Numbered from the stretch's first letter, positions 1 through 10,328 are shown. The stretch is DNA of 64,000 nucleotides from an uncultured Spartobacteria bacterium (GCA_938011325.1 CALLUD010000013.1:7461-71460), one strand, 5' to 3'. Notes: generated by a model not told the origin, from the letters alone. Made by a program: numbers and translations.

Positions 1-2754
1 GATGAGCCCGATGGCGATGCCGCTGATCGCCGTGAGAGTCATCGCGACGAACAGAATCCAGAACAGTCCGCGCACCGACAGCAGCCAGTTTCCAAGGACC
101 GTGTAGGCAGCGCACTGGACGATCGCAAACAGCGTGAGCGTGAATGCCTTGGCGAACACGTAGTAGCCGAGGCGCACGTTGAGATTTCTCTCGCGAAGCA
201 GCACGGGACGGTCGCGGATGATGTCGTCCACGCTGTTCGTCAGACCGAGGAACATCGCCACGACGAGCGATAGAAACAGATAGGTCGGAATGTGAAACGC
301 CGACGCGAAATCGTAGGTGCCACCCTCGCTGTAGCGAAGGACGACGCCGATGAGGAGCGCCAGCAACGGAGCCTCGACCAGCGTCGTGAGCAGGTTCGCA
401 CGATTGCGGAACTTGCTGATGAACGCGCGTTGCAGAAGCACGGAAAATTGATTCCATTCCTCGCGCCAACGAATCGGCTCCCGGCGACGGATCGAAGGAG
501 TGCTCACCGGCACGGGCGGAGCAGGCGCGGGCTCCTCCTTCTCGACCGGCGTGCTGCGCACGTCCTTCACGAGCCGGTAGGCTTCGTATTTGTCGCGCCA
601 GTAATCCGGCGAATAGCGCCGTGCCGGGACGAGCTGGCCGCGGTTGTTTTCCTCGAAAATGATGTCGCCGCTCAGATCGCGCAGCGGGGTCTCGAGCACG
701 TCGAAAATGAATTCCGGTCGCGCGGTGTCCCCGACGTCGGCGGCGCCGGTCGTGCCGAAATGCTGAAGGTGCTCCGCGTCGGCGAAATACTGCAAGGTTT
801 CGTGCGGCGTGCCGAAGAACACGACCTTCCCCCCCTTGTCCAGCAGCAGGACCTTGTGGAACATGTGGAAGATCCGCGAGGTCGGCTGGTGAATGGTCAC
901 CATCACGATCTTGTTGTGCGACATCGAACGGATGATCTCGATGACGTGCTCGGAATCCTTCGACGACAGTCCCGAGGTCGGCTCGTCGAAAAGAAAGATG
1001 TCCGCCGAGCTGATCATATCGAGCCCGATGTTGAGCCGCTTGCGCTCGCCGCCGGAGAGCGTCTTCTTCTGCGAGCTGCCCACGACACTGGACCGCCGCT
1101 CGTTCAGGCCGAGCTCCGCCAGCTTGCTGTCGATGCGGCGCAGACGCTCGCGACGTGAAAGGTGCGGCGTGCGAATCGCCGCCGCGAAATCGAGGTTCTC
1201 CTCGATGGTCAGATGCTCGTCAAACGCGTCGTATTGCGGCACATAGGTGACGTATTTCCGCAGAGCGTCGTAGTTGGCATACAGCGAGCGGCCATTGAAA
1301 AGCACTTCGCCATGCACCGGCGCGAACTGGCCTGAAAGCATCCGCAGAAGCGTGCTCTTGCCGCATCCGCTCGCGCCCATCACGCACACCATCTCGCCGC
1401 GCTGCACGGTGAAAGACACGCCGTCGAGAGCGACGTCTCCATTGCGGAAGCGGCAGACAACATCGCGCACCTCCATCGTCCGGATGATGTTGCGCTCCTC
1501 CTCGATCAGGCGCTCGGAGAAGTTGCATCGCAACACCTGCCCGGCATCGATGCGGATCGTGTCGCCATCCGCCAGCGGTGCGGAATTTCGGACCGGATTC
1601 CCGCGCACGAGGATCGGACGATCCGACTTCAGCACATCCACGCGGCCTTCCTTGCGGTCGTAGTCGCAGTAGATTTTGAGCAACACGTCTCCGCCGGAGC
1701 CTGGAGAAAGCAGGATGTCGTCCTCGTTCAGGAGCCCCGGGTTGTTCGAGACGAGATACTCCGATTTCGACGCCTTGAGCTGGAAACGGCCGCCGTAGGA
1801 GCGCGCGCGCCGGCGCAGGTCGTCGAGTTCGAGCTCGCTGTCGTCGTGGAAGATGATGCGATCCTCGAGCGACGCCTCGACCGTTGTTCCTTCCGTCAGA
1901 CGCGTGTTCTTCAGCACGGCATCGACATCCTTCAACGCGACCACGCGCACCTTGAGACCGAACGTCACTTCGAGACAGCTGTCCCTCGAGCGATTCTTTT
2001 CGAGCCGCACCTCGTCGTCGTCGCTCACCGCGACGAAAATCGTGGCCACCGACACGTTCTTCTTCGCGTTGAAGTAGAAGACCAGATCCTGATGCGTGAG
2101 GACCTGCTCATCGATGATGATGCGCTGTCCCGGATACAACCGGCAGAAATCGTTCGGCTTGAGGACGCGGCCCTGCACGATGAGGTTCCGCCCGCTCATG
2201 TTCTTGAGAATGATCAGATCGTGATAGCGATAGGCCAGCAACCGCTGGTCTCCCGTGAAATCACGAAGCGCGACGTCCGCGCGATCCTCCGCGCCGAAAC
2301 TCACCGCTTCGAGTGGCGACGTGCCCTCCTGATAAATCAACGCATCACCCTGCTCGTTCGCATTGAGCTGGTAGACGATGTCGATCGCCTGCGCCGCCAT
2401 GCCAAGCTGCGACATGAACGAATAGTAGGCGATCACCTGCTCCTGTTTCAGTCCGGCCTTGGAAATGAGGTCGTAGAGCTGGACGCCAAGCAGGATCTTC
2501 CGGTCATCGCTCAATTCACCCGCGAGCTTCTGCGCGATCGCATTCAAGTCCTGCTGCTCGTGAAGCGCGTCGCGAAACAGCTTCCTCAGCTCGGAATAGA
2601 CCGCATCCGGATAGTCGTAGCGCAGAAATCCGAGGCTCGAGTCGATTTCCTCCTCGAGGACCTCGCCGTCCGCTCGCGCGAAGGCGGCGAGCACCTTGAT
2701 GAGCGTGGGCAGAAGATTCGGGCTCTCCGTGACGGTGCGCGGCTTGCGCATCAT
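1..2754 (-). CDS. ABC transporter with fused ATPase and ABC-2-type permease (ABCG-like), plus an N-terminal TerB-like region and two FHA-like regions; the 3' end runs off the left window edge
   Basis: Hand translation of the minus strand; absent from the ORF track because there is no in-window stop. Starts [38 protein letters not shown]. Walker [10 protein letters not shown], signature LSGGERKRL, Walker [15 protein letters not shown] motif, then hydrophobic permease segments reaching position 1. ATG is the complement of 2752-2754. Confidence 0.85.
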   Translation of the reverse strand, partial: MMRKPRTVTESPNLLPTLIKVLAAFARADGEVLEEEIDSSLGFLRYDYPDAVYSELRKLFRDALHEQQDLNAIAQKLAGELSDDRKILLGVQLYDLISKAGLKQEQVIAYYSFMSQLGMAAQAIDIVYQLNANEQGDALIYQEGTSPLEAVSFGAEDRADVALRDFTGDQRLLAYRYHDLIILKNMSGRNLIVQGRVLKPNDFCRLYPGQRIIIDEQVLTHQDLVFYFNAKKNVSVATIFVAVSDDDEVRLEKNRSRDSCLEVTFGLKVRVVALKDVDAVLKNTRLTEGTTVEASLEDRIIFHDDSELELDDLRRRARSYGGRFQLKASKSEYLVSNNPGLLNEDDILLSPGSGGDVLLKIYCDYDRKEGRVDVLKSDRPILVRGNPVRNSAPLADGDTIRIDAGQVLRCNFSERLIEEERNIIRTMEVRDVVCRFRNGDVALDGVSFTVQRGEMVCVMGASGCGKSTLLRMLSGQFAPVHGEVLFNGRSLYANYDALRKYVTYVPQYDAFDEHLTIEENLDFAAAIRTPHLSRRERLRRIDSKLAELGLNERRSSVVGSSQKKTLSGGERKRLNIGLDMISSADIFLFDEPTSGLSSKDSEHVIEIIRSMSHNKIVMVTIHQPTSRIFHMFHKVLLLDKGGKVVFFGTPHETLQYFADAEHLQHFGTTGAADVGDTARPEFIFDVLETPLRDLSGDIIFEENNRGQLVPARRYSPDYWRDKYEAYRLVKDVRSTPVEKEEPAPAPPVPVSTPSIRRREPIRWREEWNQFSVLLQRAFISKFRNRANLLTTLVEAPLLALLIGVVLRYSEGGTYDFASAFHIPTYLFLSLVVAMFLGLTNSVDDIIRDRPVLLRERNLNVRLGYYVFAKAFTLTLFAIVQCAAYTVLGNWLLSVRGLFWILFVAMTLTAISGIAIGLI

Positions 2755-2911
2755 CCGACGGAGAAGCCTTCTGCCGGCCTGCCGGGTTCTCGAGGCGAGC
2801 AGGAGAAACCCCTCCAAGCGCTTCTGTAGAGAGGGTTCCTTCACATCTGTGGCCACGGGCGGAACCTAGCACGAGCCGTTCAAGACTCGCAAAGCGATTT
2901 GCAGGTTGGGA

Positions 2912-2940
2912 TTGCACGGAGGGCCAATCAGGCGGATACT
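2912..2940 (+). promoter_or_regulatory. Weak sigma70-like promoter candidate upstream of the DAHP synthase gene
   Basis: TTGCAC (2912-2917), 17-nt spacer, GATACT (2935-2940), 17 nt before the ATG at 2958. Only partial matches to consensus. Confidence 0.25.
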
Positions 2941-2957
2941 GCTCCCCTTTTTCACAT

Positions 2958-4022
2958 ATGACCACCGCCACAGAATCCGCCGGAGCTTCCACCACCGGCG
3001 CCGTGGAAAACCTGCGAATTCGCGGGGTTTCCAAGCTGATCACCCCTGTGCAAATCAAGGAGCAGCTTCCGGCTCCCGAAGCGTCTCTCGAGACCGTTCT
3101 CAATGGCCGTGACGCCGCCCGCAGGATCCTGAATCGCGAGGATCCGCGTCTGCTCGTGATCGTGGGTCCCTGCTCGATCCATGACCCCGCCGCCGCGCTC
3201 GACTACGCGACCCGTCTCGCGGAACTTCGGCAGGAGCTCGCGGATCGCTACGAGATCGTCATGCGCGTTTATTTCGAAAAGCCCCGCACCACGGTGGGCT
3301 GGAAGGGTCTGATCAACGACCCGCATCTCGACGACTCCTGCGACCTCGCCCACGGACTGGCAATCGCCCGCAAATTGCTCATCGACATCACCGCGATGGG
3401 ACTCCCCGCCGCGACGGAATTTCTCGACCCGATCATTCCGCAATACACGGCGGATCTTGTCTCCTGGAGCGCGATTGGAGCCCGCACCACCGAGTCGCAA
3501 ACCCATCGCGAACTCGCCAGCGGCCTTTCCATGCCGGTTGGCTTCAAGAACGGCACCGACGGCAGCGTGCAGACCGCGATTGACGCGATGAAGTCGTCGC
3601 GTTCTCCGCACAGTTTTCTCGGCATCGATCAGGATGGTTCGACGAGCATCGTCAAGACGACGGGCAATCCGCATTGTCACGTCGTTCTGCGCGGCGGCCG
3701 AAACGGCACGAACTACGAAGCTCCGCAGGTCGCGGAGGCTGCCGAGAAGTTGCGTGCGGCCGGACTGCCGGATTCGCTCATGATCGATTGCAGTCATGCG
3801 AACTCCGGGAAGGATCCGCGTCGCCAGCCGGATGTGTGGCGTTCCATCCTCGCGCAACGGGCCAGCGGCACCCGCGAGATCATCGGTGCCATGATCGAGA
3901 GCAACCTGCATTTCGGCAGCCAGCCGAATCCGGGCACCGGGCTTGCCAGCCTGAAATACGGCGTTTCCATCACCGACGCCTGCCTCGACTGGGAATCGAC
4001 CGCCGCACTGCTGCGCGAGTAG
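2958..4022 (+). CDS. aroG: 3-deoxy-7-phosphoheptulonate (DAHP) synthase, class I
   Basis: 354 aa. Contains [42 protein letters not shown] and IDCSHANS, typical of class I-alpha DAHP synthases. The isozyme type is not resolvable. Confidence 0.93.
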   Translation: MTTATESAGASTTGAVENLRIRGVSKLITPVQIKEQLPAPEASLETVLNGRDAARRILNREDPRLLVIVGPCSIHDPAAALDYATRLAELRQELADRYEIVMRVYFEKPRTTVGWKGLINDPHLDDSCDLAHGLAIARKLLIDITAMGLPAATEFLDPIIPQYTADLVSWSAIGARTTESQTHRELASGLSMPVGFKNGTDGSVQTAIDAMKSSRSPHSFLGIDQDGSTSIVKTTGNPHCHVVLRGGRNGTNYEAPQVAEAAEKLRAAGLPDSLMIDCSHANSGKDPRRQPDVWRSILAQRASGTREIIGAMIESNLHFGSQPNPGTGLASLKYGVSITDACLDWESTAALLRE

Positions 4023-4028
4023 CCGGCA

Positions 4029-4628
4029 ATGAAGGCCCGCGATCTCGAATTTGCGGCCATTGATTTCGAGAGCGCCGGGGTGCGCCGTGGAGAGACGGAC
4101 GTGCCGATTCAAGTTGGCATTGCCGTCATGTCCGGCGGCGTAATCCGGGACACCTTCAAAAGCTATCTTCGCTGCGACCGGCCGGTCGCCTGGACGGCCC
4201 GGCGTGTGCATGGCATCAGCGAGCACGATCTCGCCGATGCCCCGACATTGCTCGAGCTCTGGCCCGAGCTGCGATCGCGCCTCGCCGGCCGCTGGGTTGT
4301 TTCCCATGGCGCGGGCACCGAGAAACGCTTTCTTCGCGCGTTTCCGGCGCATGGATTTGGACCGTGGGTGGATACCCTGCAGTTGTTTCGCGCGGCCGCC
4401 CCGAAGGCGCCCTCTCACGCACTTTCCGCGCTGGCTGCCTATTGCGGCTGTGAGGCAGCCTGCCTGGAAACCACGCCGGATTTCCGGTGGCACGACGCGT
4501 TGTGCGACGCGGCGGCCACGCTCGTGCTGCTCCGATTTCTGATCGAGCGATTCGAGCTCGACGCCGACGCCCTGCTCAACCCGGACGCGTCGCGGTATCG
4601 GGCATTTCGATCCAGCCGCTTTCTGTGA
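4029..4628 (+). CDS. DEDDh-type 3'-5' exonuclease (DNA polymerase III epsilon-like domain protein)
   Basis: 199 aa. Exo I-like FAAIDFESAG near the N-terminus, VSHGAGTEKRFL in the middle, and H-x4-D-like WHDALCDA near the C-terminus. Confidence 0.7.
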   Translation: MKARDLEFAAIDFESAGVRRGETDVPIQVGIAVMSGGVIRDTFKSYLRCDRPVAWTARRVHGISEHDLADAPTLLELWPELRSRLAGRWVVSHGAGTEKRFLRAFPAHGFGPWVDTLQLFRAAAPKAPSHALSALAAYCGCEAACLETTPDFRWHDALCDAAATLVLLRFLIERFELDADALLNPDASRYRAFRSSRFL

Positions 4629-5154
4629 CCACCGCATCCATGCGGACATCGTGCGGCTCCGACGGCACCTCTTCGACGACCTGCAGGTCGAAGCACACGC
4701 CGATTTTCAGCACCTGCGGTCCGGTCACTGCCAGAAATCGATCGTAGAACCCCCCGCCCCGGCCAAGCCGCCGCCCGAGCCGGTCGAACGCCACTCCCGG
4801 CACCAGCACCGCGCGCGCCGACGAAATCGGCGCCACCGTTCCCAACTCATTCACAGGTTCCCGTGTCCCAAAGGCGCCGGAAACCAGCACATCCAGCGAG
4901 TCTACGTGGTGGAAGACAAGGCGCTCCTGCTCGATTCTCGGGAGTGCAATTTTCCACCCCGCGGCAAGCGCAGCCGTCCAATCCGGCTCCTGCCGCAGCG
5001 GTGCAAATCCGAAGATCGTTCCGGCATTTTCCCCCAGCCGCTGCACCAGATTTGCCGCGACGGCCGCCGAGGCGCGGACCCGTGCATCAGGCGACATCCT
5101 GGAAAGTTCGGCGCCAATGCGGCTGCGCAGCATTTGCTTTTCGGAAGAAATCAT
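4576..5154 (-). CDS. 5-formyltetrahydrofolate cyclo-ligase (MTHFS)
   Basis: C-terminal 192 codons of track ORF 4576..6129, from MISSEKQMLRSRI (ATG is the complement of 5152-5154). Contains VLVPGVAFDRLGRRLGRGGGFYDRFL, the family hallmark. The upstream part of the long ORF is antisense to the MBL hydrolase gene. Confidence 0.85.
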   Translation of the reverse strand: MISSEKQMLRSRIGAELSRMSPDARVRASAAVAANLVQRLGENAGTIFGFAPLRQEPDWTAALAAGWKIALPRIEQERLVFHHVDSLDVLVSGAFGTREPVNELGTVAPISSARAVLVPGVAFDRLGRRLGRGGGFYDRFLAVTGPQVLKIGVCFDLQVVEEVPSEPHDVRMDAVVTESGWIEMPDTATRPG

Positions 5155-5277
5155 GGAAACTGGCGCCAGTTTAGTATGGTTCAGCGCCTCCTCACGAAGG
5201 GAATCCGCAAGGCCCGCCGCAAAATTGCCGTTCGCGCGGGCCGCCGCCGCAAGGATCGCCCGGAGCATCACGCGTCG

Positions 5278-6144
5278 ATGAAACTCGGGCCTGGCTGGCA
5301 CGAGCGGAATTTCCTCACCGAGGTCATCATTCCCACGATGTTCGCCCGCCGGGACGGGTCGAAGCTCAAGCCCGAGTTTCCGGCCGTTAGCGAGGGACAG
5401 GTCTGCATCACCTGGATCGGCCACGCGTCGTTCCTTATCCAGACTTCCCGGACGAGCATCCTGATCGACCCGATCTGGGCGAAGTGGTTGAAGGTTTTCA
5501 AACGGATCAAGCATCCGGGGTTCGAGATTCACGACCTGCCGGACATCGATCTCGTCCTCGTCAGCCACGCGCATTTTGATCACCTCGATCGCAAGACGCT
5601 GCGCACCGTCGCGGCCGAGCAGCCGATTGTCGTGCCGGAGCATGTCGGAAATCTCGTTCATGACCTCGGCTTCAACCGCGTGCATGAGCTCAAGCGCTGG
5701 GAATCCATCGAGCACGAGGACCTCAAAATCACTCTCACGCCCGCCTACCATTGGGGCGCGCGCATGCTCCACGACTCGCATCGTGGGTTCGGCGGATTCC
5801 TGCTCGAGTTCGACGGCCGCTCGATTTTCCACTGCGGCGACAGCGCCTACGTGGAGAATTTCTTCCCAAAGATCGCCGAGCGAAGCGCCGTCGAGATCGC
5901 CTTGCTGCCGATTGGCGCCTACGACGCGCCGACGAAGCGCAATGTGCACATGAATCCCGAGGAGGCCGTCCAGGCGTTTGTCGAGTTGAAGGCGCAGAAG
6001 CTCGTCCCGATGCATTACGGCAGTTTCCGTCTCAGCTACGAGCCGCCTCACGAGCCACCGACGCGATTGATCGAACGGGCTCGGGAAGTCGGCATTCTCG
6101 ACCGCGTGCACGTCCTCACCGAGGGGCAACCGGTGGTTTTCTAA
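5278..6144 (+). CDS. MBL-fold metallo-hydrolase
   Basis: C-terminal part of track ORF 4651..6144. Contains ITWIGHASFLI and VLVSHAHFDHLD (HxHxDH). Start is ATG 5278 (MKLGPGWH) or ATG 5338 (MFARRDG); the earlier part of the ORF is antisense to MTHFS. Confidence 0.8.
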   Translation: MKLGPGWHERNFLTEVIIPTMFARRDGSKLKPEFPAVSEGQVCITWIGHASFLIQTSRTSILIDPIWAKWLKVFKRIKHPGFEIHDLPDIDLVLVSHAHFDHLDRKTLRTVAAEQPIVVPEHVGNLVHDLGFNRVHELKRWESIEHEDLKITLTPAYHWGARMLHDSHRGFGGFLLEFDGRSIFHCGDSAYVENFFPKIAERSAVEIALLPIGAYDAPTKRNVHMNPEEAVQAFVELKAQKLVPMHYGSFRLSYEPPHEPPTRLIERAREVGILDRVHVLTEGQPVVF

Positions 6145-6236
6145 CGGCCCGCCGCCCTATTAAGCGCAATTTCTCCGCCGGGAGAGTGTAAATCCGCGTT
6201 GGCCGATTCGCGGAGCTGTGCCACCATTCCGCGCCA

Positions 6237-7157
6237 ATGGTCACCTACATCCTGCGCAGGTTGCTGGCATTTGTCGTTGTTCTGTTCTGCGTCGTCTCGG
6301 TGACCTTCTTTCTGATCCGCCTCTCTCCCGGCGGGCCGTTCGATGCCGAGCGACGAATTCCCGAGGCGATCGAGAAGCAGCTCCTCGCGAAATACAAACT
6401 CGATGGCACGCTCTGGCAGCAATATTCCGGCTACATCGCCGATCTCGTGCGCGGCGATCTCCGACTCTCGACGAAATACCGGAATCGATCGGTCAACGAA
6501 ATCCTTGCCCAGACCCTGCCGGTCACCTTCGCGCTCGGGAGCATTGCGTTTCTGATTGCCACCGTCGCCGGAGTGTGGATCGGCACCTTCGCCGCCTGCC
6601 GGCGCGGCACGCCCGGCGATACACTGGCGATGCTTGGCGCGCTGTTCGCGATTTCCCTTCCATCATTCGTCACCGGTCCGCTCGCGATCCTCGTCTTTGC
6701 GCTGTGGTTGAAATGGCTGCCCGTGGGCGGCTGGGGCGGCTTCAGCCATCTCGTGCTGCCGGCGATCATTCTGGCCGCCCCTTACGTGGCCTACATCGCG
6801 CGGCTCATGCGCGGCAGCATGCTCGAAACGCTCCAGCAGGATTTCGTGCGCACCGCGCGGGCAAAGGGTCTTGGAGAACGCACCGTCACGTATCGTCACG
6901 CGCTGCGCATCGCCATTCTTCCGGTGGTCTCCTACCTCGGACCGCTCGCCGCGCATTTGCTGACGGGCTCAATCATCGTCGAGACGATCTTCAACATTCC
7001 CGGCGCGGGCGGTTTCTTCGTGAACTCGATCTTGAATCGAGACGGCTTCCTGCTCGGTGGCGTGGTGATCGTCTATTGCACGCTTCTCGTGCTGTTCAAT
7101 CTCCTCGTCGATATCGCCTACACCTTCCTGGATCGGAGGATTCAACTCGATGGTTGA
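6237..7157 (+). CDS. ABC peptide/nickel-type transporter permease (OppB/DppB family)
   Basis: 306 aa. N-terminus MVTYILRRLLAFVVVLF, multiple TM segments, conserved FVRTARAKGL EAA-loop. Confidence 0.88.
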   Translation: MVTYILRRLLAFVVVLFCVVSVTFFLIRLSPGGPFDAERRIPEAIEKQLLAKYKLDGTLWQQYSGYIADLVRGDLRLSTKYRNRSVNEILAQTLPVTFALGSIAFLIATVAGVWIGTFAACRRGTPGDTLAMLGALFAISLPSFVTGPLAILVFALWLKWLPVGGWGGFSHLVLPAIILAAPYVAYIARLMRGSMLETLQQDFVRTARAKGLGERTVTYRHALRIAILPVVSYLGPLAAHLLTGSIIVETIFNIPGAGGFFVNSILNRDGFLLGGVVIVYCTLLVLFNLLVDIAYTFLDRRIQLDG

Positions 7158-8046
7158 GCCGCTCGTCTGGCGCCGACTTCGCCGCAGCCCCGTTGCGTGG
7201 GTGTGCTTCATTCTTCTCGGGTTGATCGCGCTTGCCGCGTTCGTGATTCCTCCGCTCCTCCCGGCGTCCTATGCCCATACGAGCCCGCTTCAATATGCAC
7301 CTCCCTCGTGGCAGCACCCCTTCGGCACCGACCTCAATGGCCGCGACCTCTTCTATCGCGTGCTCACCGGCACCCGCGTCTCGCTGGTCGTTGGGCTATG
7401 CGGCGCATGCGTAAGTCTCTGCATCGGCACGGCCTACGGCCTGATCGCGGGCTATGCCGGCGGACGGGTCGACAACGTGATGATGCGGCTTGTGGACATT
7501 TTCTACTCGGTCCCCCGCCTCATCTTCGTGCTCATCCTCATCAACTCGTTCAACAGCGAGCTGCAGGACTTCGCAGCCGCGCGAGGCTGGCAGTGGCTGG
7601 TTGACTACTCGAGCATCGTCATTCTGATTCTCTCCCTCGGCATCATCGAATGGCTCACGATGGCGCGCATCGTGCGCGGTCAGGTCCTTTCCTTGAAAAC
7701 CCGCCAGTTCGTCACCGCCGCCCGTTCGCTCGGACAATCGCATTTTCTGATTCTCCTCCGGCATCTGCTGCCGAATTTGACCGGCGTGATCGTCATCTAC
7801 CTCACGCTGACCATTCCCGCGGTCATCATCGACGAATCGTTCCTCAGCTTTCTCGGCCTCGGGGTGCAGGCGCCTCAGGCCAGCCTGGGCTCGTTGCTTT
7901 CCGACGGCGCGAGCGCCATCAATCCCCTGCGAAACATCTGGTGGATGATCGTCTTTCCTGCGGCGGCAATGGCCACCACCCTGCTCGCGCTCAATTTCCT
8001 GGGCGACACCCTGCGTGACGCGCTGGACCCGAAGCGCGAGGACTGA
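7150..8046 (+). CDS. ABC peptide/nickel-type transporter permease (OppC/DppC family)
   Basis: 298 aa. Overlaps the upstream permease by 8 nt. Contains HPFGTDLNGRDLFYRV and FVTAARSLG, typical of OppC/DppC. Confidence 0.88.
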   Translation: MVEPLVWRRLRRSPVAWVCFILLGLIALAAFVIPPLLPASYAHTSPLQYAPPSWQHPFGTDLNGRDLFYRVLTGTRVSLVVGLCGACVSLCIGTAYGLIAGYAGGRVDNVMMRLVDIFYSVPRLIFVLILINSFNSELQDFAAARGWQWLVDYSSIVILILSLGIIEWLTMARIVRGQVLSLKTRQFVTAARSLGQSHFLILLRHLLPNLTGVIVIYLTLTIPAVIIDESFLSFLGLGVQAPQASLGSLLSDGASAINPLRNIWWMIVFPAAAMATTLLALNFLGDTLRDALDPKRED

Positions 8047-8712
8047 TCAATGAAAGTGCAGTTCGAAACACTGCCACTCCGCGGTGCGGTGAAAGTCGCG
8101 CTCCGTAAGCAACGCGGTTGAGGAGAGCACCGGACGCAGCCGCCCGCGCGTGTGATCGTAGCGCGCGAAACACATCCGCACCTTGCTCCGTTCCCACGGC
8201 ACATCGCTCTCGAAGATGCGTTTCAGCGGAATCTCCGCCGTCACATCCCAGCCCTGCCGGATCACCCGCGCCTGCGCACGAATTCTCCAGCGATCGATCT
8301 TGTAGGGTGCCAGCGGGTCGGCCGCACCGCTCCAGTCCAGCGGCAGGCTTCGCATCGATGCCGGCCATCGCAGCTGCAGCAACGTCCCTCCCGGCGTCAC
8401 GTGAAACTCGAAGTAGCTTTCCTGCCCTTCGGGCTTGATCAGCATTTCGAAAATATCCCCGTGCGGAAACGCCGCGGTGTTGAACCGCTTCACCGGATTG
8501 AAAACATCGCGATCCTTCAAGGTCGCGTGCACCGCGATCGCCATTCCCGCCAGCCCGACGCGCACCTGCCCCGGCGCAAACAACGGCTCCGGCTCCTCCA
8601 GCCACGACTGACGCAGCGGAAGCGCGGGATGACTCCGCAGCGCGTGGCGTCGGGATTCCCAGTCACGCGTGCCCTTTGGCCCCAGCGGCGTGAGCGGGAT
8701 CGCATCCATCAA
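8047..8712 (-). CDS. Hypothetical protein, possibly carbohydrate-binding family 9-like (DOMON-like) fold
   Basis: 221 aa ORF with coding-like composition. The segment GDIFEMLIKPEGQESYFEFHVTPGGTLLQ resembles the CBM9 core pattern. The family call is from memory only. Confidence 0.5.
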   Translation of the reverse strand: MMDAIPLTPLGPKGTRDWESRRHALRSHPALPLRQSWLEEPEPLFAPGQVRVGLAGMAIAVHATLKDRDVFNPVKRFNTAAFPHGDIFEMLIKPEGQESYFEFHVTPGGTLLQLRWPASMRSLPLDWSGAADPLAPYKIDRWRIRAQARVIRQGWDVTAEIPLKRIFESDVPWERSKVRMCFARYDHTRGRLRPVLSSTALLTERDFHRTAEWQCFELHFH

Positions 8713-9098
8713 TCGAGCACCGCGATCGCCTCGATCTCGACGTCGAAATTCAGCAATTGCGCGCCGAGCGTCGTTCGTGCCGGTTTGTCCGTCCCGAAAA
8801 ACTCCTCATACACGCCGTTCATCTCGGCGAAGGTTTCCTTCGTGAGCGGCTGGAGATAAACGCGGCAATGCACCACGCTGGCCAGCGAAGCCCCGGCGGT
8901 CTTCAGCACACGCTCGAGATTCGTCAGCACGATTCGCGTCTGCTCGGCAATGCTGCCCTTCACAATTCCACCGGCCTGCACGTCGTAGGGAATCTGGCCG
9001 GAGACAAAGAGAAATTTCCCTTCGGCAACGACCGCCGGAGAATAGGGACCAATGGCCGGAGGCCCGTCTGGAATCGTGGAAATACGCTCGCGTGACAT
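8709..9098 (-). CDS. ridA: RidA/YjgF-family reactive intermediate deaminase
   Basis: Contains IGPYSPAVVAEGKFLFVSGQIP, AEQTRIVLTNLERVLKTAG and PARTTLGAQLLNFDVEIEAIA. Preferred start is MSRERIST (complement of 9096-9098) rather than track start 9134. Confidence 0.88.
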   Translation of the reverse strand: MSRERISTIPDGPPAIGPYSPAVVAEGKFLFVSGQIPYDVQAGGIVKGSIAEQTRIVLTNLERVLKTAGASLASVVHCRVYLQPLTKETFAEMNGVYEEFFGTDKPARTTLGAQLLNFDVEIEAIAVLD

Positions 9099-9176
9099 GA
9101 AACGGAGTCTGCGCAACCCGAATCGGCGACGCAAACCAAACCACGAGGCGCGTCCACGGTCAGGTCTCGGGCGGGT

Positions 9177-9204
9177 TTGACTGCCCGCTGATCGGCTCTA
9201 TAGT
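9177..9204 (+). promoter_or_regulatory. Sigma70-like promoter candidate for mnmA
   Basis: TTGACT (9177-9182), 16-nt spacer, TATAGT (9199-9204). The -10 element ends 11 nt before the ATG at 9216. Confidence 0.5.
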
Positions 9205-9215
9205 TTCCGGCTCGA

Positions 9216-10328
9216 ATGAACGGAAACGGCAGGCGCGTGCTCGTCGGCATGAGCGGTGGTGTGGACTCCAGTGTCTGCGCCTGGCTGCTCAAGCGGGACG
9301 GATGGGATGTCATCGGCGTGACCATGAAGGTCTGGCCGCAGGACTGCATTTCGCGCGCCGAGGACAAATGCTGCGGCCCTTCCGCGATCGCCGATGCGCG
9401 CAGCGTCGCGCACAAGCTTGGCATTCCCCATTACGTCGTGGACGAGGCGGACGAATTCGAGAAGCTGGTGATTGATTACTTCTCGAGCGAATACCGCGCC
9501 GGTCGCACGCCGAACCCGTGCGTGATGTGCAACGAGAAGCTGAAGTTCGGCAACCTCTGGACGAAGGCTCAGGCACTCGGCGCCGAATACATCGCGACCG
9601 GCCACTACGCGATCATCGAGCACCACGAAAACCATGCCGTCCTTCGCAAGGGCGTGGACGCGCGCAAAGACCAGTCATATTTCCTGTTCAGTCTGCGCCA
9701 GCCGCAACTTCAGCGTGCACTCGCGCCGCTCGGCGGAATGACCAAGCCGGAGATTCGCGAGATCGCCCGCGAGATCGGCCTCAAGGTCGCCGACAAGGTC
9801 GACAGCCAGGAAATCTGTTTCGTGCCCGGCAACGACTACAAGGCCTTCCTTCGCTCGCATCTCGGTGAAAGCGAATTTCATCGCGGCGGCATCTACGACA
9901 CCGCGGGCAATTTTCTCGCGGAGCACGAGGGCATCGAGATGTTCACGATCGGCCAGCGCAAGGGCCTGCCCGGAGGATCGCCCTACCCGCTCTATGTCAT
10001 CGATATCGATGCGGAGAACTCACGCGTGATCGTTGGCCCGGAAAGCGAACTCGTGCGCGACGAATTTGAGATCAACCAGGCGAACTGGCTCATCGACGAG
10101 CCCACCGAGCCGCTGGAGGTCACGGTCAAGATTCGCTATGCGCATCCCGGCGCAGCCGCGATTGTGGAGCCTGCCGTAAACGGCCAGCACGTGGTGCGTC
10201 TCGTCGAGCCGCAGCGCGCCATCACCCCCGGTCAGGCCGCCGTCTTCTACGTCGGCGACCGTGTGGTCGGCGGCGGCTGGATCGTTCGAAAGGCCTCAAC
10301 CCTCAAGCTGCATGCCGCCGCTGCCTGA
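9216..10328 (+). CDS. mnmA: tRNA 2-thiouridine(34) synthase MnmA
   Basis: 370 aa. PP-loop VLVGMSGGVDSSV, plus RTPNPCVMCN and ATGHYA motifs. Confidence 0.93.
   Translation: MNGNGRRVLVGMSGGVDSSVCAWLLKRDGWDVIGVTMKVWPQDCISRAEDKCCGPSAIADARSVAHKLGIPHYVVDEADEFEKLVIDYFSSEYRAGRTPNPCVMCNEKLKFGNLWTKAQALGAEYIATGHYAIIEHHENHAVLRKGVDARKDQSYFLFSLRQPQLQRALAPLGGMTKPEIREIAREIGLKVADKVDSQEICFVPGNDYKAFLRSHLGESEFHRGGIYDTAGNFLAEHEGIEMFTIGQRKGLPGGSPYPLYVIDIDAENSRVIVGPESELVRDEFEINQANWLIDEPTEPLEVTVKIRYAHPGAAAIVEPAVNGQHVVRLVEPQRAITPGQAAVFYVGDRVVGGGWIVRKASTLKLHAAAA

Noticed and set aside
292-2829. Plus-strand track ORFs 292..1158, 893..1246, 1274..1663 and 1846..2829
   Set aside because: All lie antisense to the hand-translated ABC transporter gene (1..2754, minus strand), which has complete Walker A, signature and Walker B motifs. 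The plus-strand ORFs have shadow-like composition.
2952-4649. 565-aa minus-strand ORF spanning the aroG and exonuclease genes
   Set aside because: It is antisense to two genes with unmistakable family motifs. Its composition is Arg/Gly/Ala-rich and typical of high-GC shadow frames, and it has no motif of its own.
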